Shown here one piece after another: positions 50,761 to 64,000 of a DNA stretch of 64,000 nucleotides. Below the pieces are notes generated by a model. The model ran no database searches and was not told where the DNA came from. It was given only the letters and a program-made list of their open reading frames with translations. The DNA lies in the NCBI RefSeq assembly GCF_006345805.1, contig NC_043002.1:57970001-58034000 (forward strand), written 5' to 3'. Made by a program: the position numbers and the translations under genes. The stretch comes from Octopus sinensis (taxonomy: Eukaryota). Numbering within the stretch: the first letter of the stretch is position 1; each line of letters opens with the position of its first letter.

Positions 50761-51356
50761 AAAAATATGTAAACAAATATATTACACTCGAATGCAACGC
50801 AAAATAATTTTTGATATAACATTTTTGATTCGTTGTAGTTTTTCTTTGATAATTTCAAATATAAAATAGAATTTTTTTCCAATTAAATTTTTTTTCATAT
50901 GGTGCAATATTTTAAGAAAAATTCTCCATTTTTTTTATTTCTAAATATCGATTGATTTTGCATTGTTAAACCTGTTCTATAGTACCATAGTACGCAATTT
51001 TATATTTATTACCAATCCTGTGGTTATTATCAACGTTTTAATGTGTTTCCAGTATCACGAAGATCAGATTATGGTTTGGGGTTTTTGTGTTTGTTAACTT
51101 TTTGTCTCACAGAAAAAAATCCAATACAAAACAACGAATATAAACCTAATATAAATATACTTTTTTTTGTATTATATTTCAAACGAAAAAAGAATTGTTT
51201 TTCTTTCGAAGTTATATCTTGTCCGGTTGATATGCTTCGCTTGTTTCATTTGTAATTTTACAATTTTACGCCTGCAACGTACTGACTTCGTCAGAAAAGT
51301 AATTTTAAGTTTCCATGTATATATGTATATATGTCAACGTATGTATGTATGTATGT

Positions 51357-51453
<97 letters not shown>

Positions 51454-51835
51454 CTGTTCTACATTGTTCATCGACGGAGATTCAGTTATCTCCTTAGTTG
51501 AAATAAGTGAATTCACAAGTGAGTGGCTGAGTAGTCCATAGACATATATTGTTAACGATGTGAAGCCGATTTTCTTTTTGCGACAACCACACCACACACC
51601 TTACTTCCAAGTATTGTCACAAACAACAGAGTGAGCGGGAACCTCATAATTTGTGCGTATGCGCGACAGTATTCAAGGTCAACCTGAGCCAAGCCACTGC
51701 ACTCTGTGTACTTTAGATCCCTTACCATAGCAACAGTCCTGCTGCATTTTGACCAGACATCGTATATCGGTTTCCAAAAAACCCACTGAGTGTGGACTTC
51801 GGTTTTCATAGGTATATGTATTAGACTATTTCCTA

Positions 51836-51872
<37 letters not shown>

Positions 51873-52194
51873 TAGAAATATAGGCCATGCATATAATATA
51901 GAAGTATGTTTTATGTAACTCGATATTTTTAATGATTTTTCAATACGCTAGTTGATACCCTTTCTAATCAGTGCTGGTAAGGAGTGTGAAAGCCAAAACG
52001 AGGTGTGAATCTTGAAGGCGCCTTAAGGAAATAGATATATTCAAAATAGAACCACTGAGATAGTGGAATTGCCACCGCAGGCGTTTGGAACAGTTTAAAG
52101 AGCAACAGAGGCAACAAAAGGAATTTATAGAAATTATGAAGTTAGTCTTTGAGACAGAATAATTGGAAATAACTTTCTCTGTCGAAGCTATAGG

Positions 52195-52820
52195 CTAAGG
52201 CGTGTGGAAAAAGATTTGCTTTCCAACCACAAGTTTCAAGGTTCAGTCCCACTGCGTGGCACCTTGGCTGACTACCTTCAGCTGTAGCCTCGACCTCACC
52301 AAAGCCTTGCAGTGGATTTAATAGCCGGAAACTGAAAGAAAACCATCGTATGTATGTATATTTCTAACATACATATACACACGCAGGCACGCACACACGC
52401 ATATATATATATATATTATATATATATATATATATATATGCATACATACATACATAATCCATGGACGGAATTTATAAATAATTTAACGCATCATCGCTAC
52501 GCGTGTTTCCACAAATCCCATGTTTCTTACGACCATAGTCCACATTCCTGGGATGATTTCAGTACAATCCGTAGTATCCCTGACCTCTGGTGGATCGTAT
52601 TCATGCGTTCATTTTCTTCAGGCGATATTGCATTAAAGTTGGAATCAACAAATGTATAACTGAGGCTTGTTTGTCAAGTTTGACCAATGTATGCGTGTGT
52701 GGGGTCTTTGTATCAATGTTTGTCCGCTACCACAGCTCGACAACTGGTGTTGGTGAATTTATGTCCCTGTAACGCTAGCGGTACTTTAAAAGAGATGAAT
52801 AGAATAAGTAACACGTTTTA
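52195..52820 (+). mobile_element. SINE family A split by a nested MITE copy
   Basis: 5' half at 52195-52350, 3' half at ~52690-52820 (tagcggt..aaaagagatgaatagaataagta). Confidence 0.65.
52468..52661. mobile_element. Partial copy of the 39156-39481 foldback element
   Basis: catcgctacgcgtgtttccacaaatc..tgtttcttacgaccatagtcca..gggatgatt..ttcaggcgatat..ttaaagttggaa..aatgtataactg. Confidence 0.8.
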
Positions 52821-52844
52821 CCAAAAGTAACAAAATAATAATAA

Positions 52845-52859
52845 TAATAATAATAATAA

Positions 52860-52890
<31 letters not shown>

Positions 52891-53030
52891 AAGAAGAAGA
52901 AGGAGGAGGAGGAGGAGGAGAAGAAGGGAGAAGGAAGAAGAGAAGAAGAAGAAGAAGAAGAAGAAAGAAGAAGAGAGAGAAGAAGAGAAGAAGAGAGAGA
53001 GAAAGAAGAAGAAGAAGGGAAGGCACGCAC
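52845..53030. repeat. (AAT)n(AAG)n(GAG)n purine-rich microsatellite
   Basis: Direct reading. Confidence 0.9.
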
Positions 53031-53496
53031 TGAATAACAACATAGATGTACTAAACCGGGCTCTCCATTCAAAAACAAATCTAATCCAATAACATAGATG
53101 GAATCAAATAAAGCAACCTGAGGAAAACTTGAAGGAAGCGGCCTTTTAACGAAGATAGTAAGAAAAAAAAACGAAATTTTACTGCCATACAAAGTACAGT
53201 TTCTCCTACGCACGGTGTCTCAATGAAACGTGCGAAACACACACGCGATATCAACACTGGAAATTTACAAATAATAAAATAGAAACGGACCAAAATTTTA
53301 AAAAATAGTGAGTACATAAATTGAGTAATTACGCATACACTCGAATGTCGGTACAATCATATATACATTTTGATACCCATAGGACTACATATACATCCCA
53401 AAGTTGTACACACTAAGTGAAATTTACAGGACACACACTAACGCACATGAAATCACTTTTCACAAACCAAGCAAAAGCAAAATCAAAGCTTTCTTT

Positions 53497-53980
53497 GTTT
53501 TTCTTCTTATTTATTCTCATTTTTTCGAACTAACACAGACAGAGTGAACTTTTCATAAGTTTAAAAAACACCACGGAAAAACTATGTTCGGAGATAAAAC
53601 TATCAACAAAAAAATATACAGACGAATACAGATCTGCTAGCATTAAGAAGCTACGCTACAAATAATGCTTACATGCAGGAACAAGGAGACGGTGTTGTCG
53701 CAAAAACTTAACCCTAAACTGACAGATCTTTTTTTTCTTTTCTTCTTATTTTATTTTCATTTTTTCGAACTAACACAGACAGAGTGAACCCGTCATAAGT
53801 CTAAAAAAAAACACCACAAAAAAAAACTTTGTCCGGAGGTAAATCTATCAATAAAACAAATACAGACGAATACAGATCTGCTAGCCTTAAGAAGGTACGC
53901 TACGAACAATGTTTACATGCAGAGAACACGGAGACGGGGTTTGCGCAAAACTTAACCCTAAACTGACAGACCCGTCTCCG
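53497..53980. repeat. ~240-bp head-to-tail dimer (53497-53728 / 53737-53970)
   Basis: cattttttcgaactaacacagacagagtgaac..cagacgaatacagatctgctagc..aaaacttaaccctaaactgacaga occurs twice. Confidence 0.85.
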
Positions 53981-53999
53981 AATGTAAGAGTCGAAGCTT

Positions 54000-56381
54000 C
54001 TCATGTCTCACTGTTAACAAGACAAATTACAAACCGCAATGGTCATCGATCGGATTACAAACGACCATATGCCCGAATATTGAACTAAATTCTGATTAAA
54101 AAATCACCTACTGGTTCAAATCTTCCCGACCCACAGGAGCTGGACATGCCCCACAACCGGAATACTCCAACAGATGGCCATCCATGCCCGTCATCAAATA
54201 ACCAAAAGAAAAAGAATGAAAAGTCGTCTAGGGAAGATAATAAGTAAGTTCTTACGGCCTTCTACCATGCCATGTATTTCCCCACAGATACATCTAATAC
54301 TGTACAAACCTACTTAAACTGGAGACAGAAACACCCTGAAGTAAGGCCTTACATAGACAGTAACAAACTTGCCAACGTCAGAAGAAACATTATAAAAAAA
54401 AATTACTGACTGAAGTAGAGATTTACCAAATTAAACAAAGAATAACGGATAAAAAGAACGAAGCTGCAGCTAAAGAAGATAATACAGGGGGAATAATTAT
54501 AGACCAGCCCAGGGCTGATAAAAAGGCAGTAAGGATTGAAATAGTATAATTGATAAGCAAAGTGAAATACTCCCTGAACCAATCATAAACACTAAGACAT
54601 AGGAACATCAAATAGACGAAGAAAGTCACACAAATATTGACCCAACAGAACTACACGAGCTAAAGAATCAAATCATGATTGAATGGCTGAAAATTAAAGA
54701 AACCAGTATGATACACTTCCACAAATCTGTAACTCTAACCAAAACATGAAAATAATTGGTAAAATCCGCCTTGCACTTAAGGATATAATTTCAGCTAATG
54801 ATGTTGATATCACAGATCTCAACCTGTACTATGCATCCGCGAAAATCTCAACGATTCTATGTGTTGAAATGATTAGAAAACGGCAACATTCCCACAAAAA
54901 CCCTTCTTGACAAGAGCGTATCCAACAACAAATTAAACTACTTAGGTCTGACACTGAATGTTTGAAAAACCTTAAGATTGACAAGACTACCAAACCTACA
55001 AAAACCCAAAGATTAAAGAAAAAATATAATATGAAAACTATACTTGATATTGATGCCACCATAGAAACCATCAAGCAAAAGGTATCTGCTAAAGCTGCCC
55101 GCATAGCGAAGTATGAAAAGCGTGTTAGATTCTTCAAAGACAACAACATGTTCAAAAATAACCTCAAAAATTTTTACAGGAAGATATGGAAAACACCAGT
55201 TACTGTAAAGTCTGTACCATCAAAAGAAGAAGTGCAGGGATTTGGGAATAAAATTTTGGCAGAAGAAAAAACACGGCGAAAAGGCTCCTTGGATTGATAG
55301 AATATCTACGGACTTGCACTCCTTAGAGGAGCAAAAGTGTGAGGGTGTCACGGTAGAAGATGTAAGATCTGCTCCCAGCAAATGGAAGCCTCCAGGAAAG
55401 GATAAAATTCCTAACTTCTGGTTGAATGCCTTCCCAGAGAGCCATGAACTGCTAACAGAACTTTACAATGATGTTTTGCAACACCCTTGACTAGTTAATG
55501 GTTTAACATTCCTGTTTCCAAAAAGAAAAGAAACAAATGAACCAAAAAACTATAGACCCATAACCTGCTTAACAACTATGTATAAAACGCTAACATCTGT
55601 CCTGACGGAATATACCTATAGTTTTTTTAATAGACAGCAGCATATTCCCTAATCAACAGAAAGGATGTAAACGTGGATCCTATAGTTGTAAAGATCAGCT
55701 ACTCATCAATAAGATGATCTGAGAAGATTGTCACAAACGACACAAAAACTTGTCAATAGTCTGGATAGACTATAAAAAGGCTTTTGATAGCCTACCACAT
55801 AGCTAGATTAAGAAATGTTTGGAAATGTATAAAATAGCGCCTACTCTGCGAACTTCACCATTCAAACTGAGAGAAGGATAGATGCGAATAGGCCAGACAT
55901 CATATTGAAATTTCAGACAAAAAACATACCTCCGCATTGATATGACTATTCCAATCGATATAAACGTATGTGTCAAGACCGACCAGAAACTGAGCAAATA
56001 TAAAGATCTTGAAATAGAAATCAGCAAAATGTGGAACCTGAAGACTAAAACAATACCTGTTGTCATGGGTACCCTGGGAATGATAGCAAAAGGGGCTGAT
56101 TGCTACCTAACTCAGATACCAGGAAACCCTAAAATGGCAGAAATTCAAAAGATAGTGCCCATGGGAACTGCTCATATCCTACGCAAAATTCTTTCTATGT
56201 AATTTAAAGTTTTTAAACAAACATAATTTTTGTATGGTTTTTTTTAGACATTCACTAGTACAACACTAAGTACAAAACCAAATATATGGCACCCTAGGCA
56301 TAACACCAACATGGACTTCCAACTTGAGCTCTCTGGGTGAGATTTGGAGCCAGCTTGTGCAAATGTAAAGCAAAAGTCAAA

Positions 56382-56383
<2 letters not shown>
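54000..56383 (+). mobile_element. R4/Dong-clade element, decayed, with a large internal deletion at ~55848
   Basis: N-terminal YLNWRQKHPEVRPYIDSNKLANVRRNI; IKQKVSAKAARIAKY; WKPPGKDKIPNFWL; NYRPITCL; WIDYKKAFDSLPH; then directly ANRPDII..LSKYKDLEIEISKMW; (TAA)n tail. Confidence 0.88.
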
Positions 56384-56613
<230 letters not shown>

Positions 56614-57266
56614 GCAACAACAACAATACATGAAATACTTGAAGCAAAAGAAAATCTAAAGCAAAAAATCCAAGCAAAGGCACAACGACTGTCACGATAT
56701 ATAAAGAGAAGCAACCAAATTAGACAAAACAAATTATTTTAAAAAGATGGAAAGAAATTATACAGGGAACTCGGTAAATAACAAATAAATGTTGAGCAAC
56801 CGCCAAAGAAAGAGGCTATGGAAAATTTCTGGGGTACGATAAGGGAAAATGAAAAACAACATAATGAAGACGCAGAATGGTCTAAGAAAGAAGAAACACT
56901 CCTGGAAAATAAAGAAGTACAGGAATGGGAAGATATTCAAAAGGAGGAGGTCACCCTGGCCCTGAAAAAGGCCAGCAATTGGAAGTCACCGGGAATAGAT
57001 CGAGTACCAAACTTCTAGATCAAATAGCTAGTTGATATACATGGGGATATGTCATCAGCATACAACGAAAAACCCAGAAAAAAGACCAGACTGGTTGACT
57101 CAGGGAGTGACATACCTAATACCAAAAGCAAATGACACAGAAAACCCAAAGAACTATAGACCAATCACATGCCTACCAATAATGTATCACTGTAATCACT
57201 GAAAGAACATACACATTCCTAGGAAAAAACAACCTACTACTACCAGAACAAAAAGGTTGTCGACGC
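56614..57266 (+). mobile_element. R4/Dong-clade internal fragment
   Basis: LKQKIQAKAQRLSRY, LKKASNWKSPGIDRVPNF, NYRPITCLP, EQKGCRR. Confidence 0.85.
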
Positions 57267-57420
57267 TGTTTATCTTGATATGAGATCACCATGTCGCGCA
57301 CATATGGTTGTGATGCATGTACTTGCCGTACCCTTATCAGACAAGTAGTCATGATGGGTATACTGGGCTTCGTATATTTTACCCCAGTGTCACTTTGATG
57401 GCATGCACTGCTCTCTCACT

Positions 57421-57421
<1 letters not shown>
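57267..57421 (+). mobile_element. 3' end of an unidentified (TAA)-tailed repeat
   Basis: Abrupt switch from Dong RT sequence to gtagtcatgatgggtatactgggcttcg..gcactgctctctcactc, followed by (AAT)n. Confidence 0.4.
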
Positions 57422-61990
<4,569 letters not shown>

Positions 61991-62006
61991 AATAATAATA
62001 ATAATA

Positions 62007-62045
<39 letters not shown>

Positions 62046-62047
62046 TA

Positions 62048-62135
62048 CTGGGGTGGATTCATTTGACTAAAAATTCTTCGAGGTTGTGCCCCAGCATGGT
62101 TGCAGTCTAATGACTCAAACAAAAGATACAAGATA
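62048..62135 (+). mobile_element. SINE family A, 3' end
   Basis: gtgccccagcatggttgcagtctaatgactcaaacaaaagata. Confidence 0.65.
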
Positions 62136-62438
62136 TACTGGAGGGAGAGTTAGGATGGTAGAAGAAGTGAATTCGACAAACACACAAACACAGTGAAGCT
62201 GGAGCACAAATTATAGAACATACAATTCTATCGTTAATTCGTTGGATGGCGGTTATATTGGAGCAGCGCCATCAACGATCTTCAGCGATCAGATCAACCT
62301 CAGTGCTTATTCTAATTAGACACTTATTTCATCGATCGCTAGCTAACGGTTCTTTTTGTATAAACGGAAGCAGTTCCAACACATCACCTAGAATAAACAC
62401 AGACAATTTTAAGCATTTGCACATGTATATACATGTGT

Positions 62439-62548
<110 letters not shown>

Positions 62549-62551
62549 GTG

Positions 62552-62583
<32 letters not shown>

Positions 62584-62903
62584 TGTTATGCAATTTTTTT
62601 TTTATGTGAAGTTGTGTGTTTAAACAGATATTGTTGTATTTCGGAATGGTCATTTTGCCAGTTTAGCAAGTTTAAGATTAAGTTTAAAGTAAAAAATAAA
62701 TAACACTGAAGCAAAGTAACACCAAATATATAGTGCGTGTGTTTTTATTGGCTAAACTGGCAAAATGACCATTCCGAAATACAACAGTATATATATATAT
62801 ATATAGTTAATCCAAACAAGAAGGCACAAAAGAACACAACAACGCGAGGACTTGGAACAAATATAGTATTATTGGACGCTCAGGAAAGAAGGAAAGAAGG
62901 AGG

Positions 62904-62938
62904 GTTTAACATTTCGAGCGGAGCTCTTCGTCGGAAAC
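62904..62938 (-). ncRNA. Minimal hammerhead motif in a cassette (~62805-63015) bounded by (TA)n
   Basis: The - strand reads gttt-CCGACGA-a-gagc tcc gctc-GAAA-tg-TT-aaac. Confidence 0.55.
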
Positions 62939-63012
62939 ATAGGAGTAGGAAAGATCCAGAGAAGGGAAGACAGAGAAAAAAAAATCGCCAACAGTACACG
63001 CGTGGTCACATT

Positions 63013-63050
<38 letters not shown>

Positions 63051-63094
63051 ATTATTAAATCTCAGAGCGAGATGTAAACAGTAACCGCTCAACA

Positions 63095-63240
63095 ACGTAA
63101 AGTATAAAATCCATCTCAACATGGCGAACCACAAAGTGAGGTTGTTACTGTAGCTATTTAGTCGATCTCCTGGGGCTAAATAGCTACAGTAACACCCCCA
63201 CTTTGTGGTTGGCCATGTTGAGATGGCTTTTATACTTTAC

Positions 63241-63242
<2 letters not shown>
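63095..63242. repeat. Near-perfect hairpin/MITE, ~69-bp arms with a 10-nt loop
   Basis: acgtaaagtataaaa.ccatctcaacatggc.aaccacaaagtg..g.tgttactgtagctatttag mirrored at 63174-63242. Confidence 0.9.
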
Positions 63243-63310
<68 letters not shown>

Positions 63311-64000
63311 ATATTTCGGAATGGTCATTTTGCCAGTTTAGCCAATAAAAACACACGCACTATATATTTGGTGTTACTTTGCTTCAGTGTTATTTATTTT
63401 TTACATTAATCTTAATCTTATTTCGGCCAGAGTTCTTTCGTCACACTCCTGTGACCGCATCAGTGGTCCTTTGTTTTCTTCTTTCTGATTTGTGTCTCTC
63501 CTTACTAACCGTCAGCCATTTTGTATTTCTACTGTATGTCTTCATTTGCGCATGCTTATATCTCTATGTGCGTTTATGTTTATTTCGTGTGTGTATGTGG
63601 GGGATGCCTGTAATATTTGTATCTTCTGTTTATATATGTTCATGTAATTTGTAATTTTATATGTTCATGTAATTTGTATGTTGTTTTTTTTAATTCTTAT
63701 TTTGTTCATGTGTTTACATTCACCTATTATTATCATTACATATGCTTGTATGTATGTATGTATGTATAACAGCAATACTAGTAATAATAATAATAAATTG
63801 AATTGAAAAAAAGAAAAAAAAATATATATATATAGTTATTTATTTCTATTAGTTTATTTATATGTGTATTTATTATGTTTTAAGGATCCTCTATCGTCAT
63901 ATGTTGTGGTGTGTGTTAGTGCTCCATTCTAGTTTTCTATTCAGGCTAGGTTTATTTTCTATTATGTGTGTAGCTTCTGTAATTTGTCTAATTGTTGCAT

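Larger units (their letters stand above)
62633..63410. repeat. Nested inverted repeats (62633-62668 / 62751-62786 and 62680-62786 / 63308-63410)
   Basis: gtatttcggaatggtcattttgccagtttagc occurs in both orientations; a ~105-bp segment recurs inverted at 63308. Confidence 0.85.

Noticed and set aside
51460-51830. - strand fragments such as WCGCRKKKIG, hinting at a Cys-rich transposase C-terminus
   Set aside because: Too short and frameshifted to assign without a profile search
53950-53965. Telomeric repeat or telomerase RNA template
   Set aside because: There is only a single taacccta-like unit per repeat and no (TTAGGG)n array

Overview
This is AT-rich, microsatellite-saturated eukaryotic (animal) DNA. 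The SINE families look like those I recall from Octopus, so a coleoid cephalopod is my inference, not a confirmed call. Almost all ORFs in the supplied track are artefacts of microsatellite translation. The real content is mostly transposable elements. These are three distinct lineages of Penelope-like retroelements (RT plus C-terminal GIY-YIG), five R4/Dong-type restriction-endonuclease non-LTR elements that all adjoin (TAA)n arrays, one CR1/L2-group LINE, an L1/Tx1 fragment, a hAT transposon, two Tc1/mariner remnants, MITE-like foldbacks and at least four tRNA-derived SINE families. One probable host coding exon (18106-18909) encodes a Lys/His-rich peptide with dibasic cleavage sites. The most striking unannotated signal is a set of about a dozen type I hammerhead ribozyme motifs, several with palindromic stem III. 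They sit in short cassettes bounded by (TA)n, in a ~482-bp partial tandem resembling a retrozyme, and at both ends of a 4.83-kb Penelope-like monomer. Two apparent LINE-SINE partner pairs with shared 3' ends are also visible. All motifs were read by eye; none has been confirmed by a search or an experiment.
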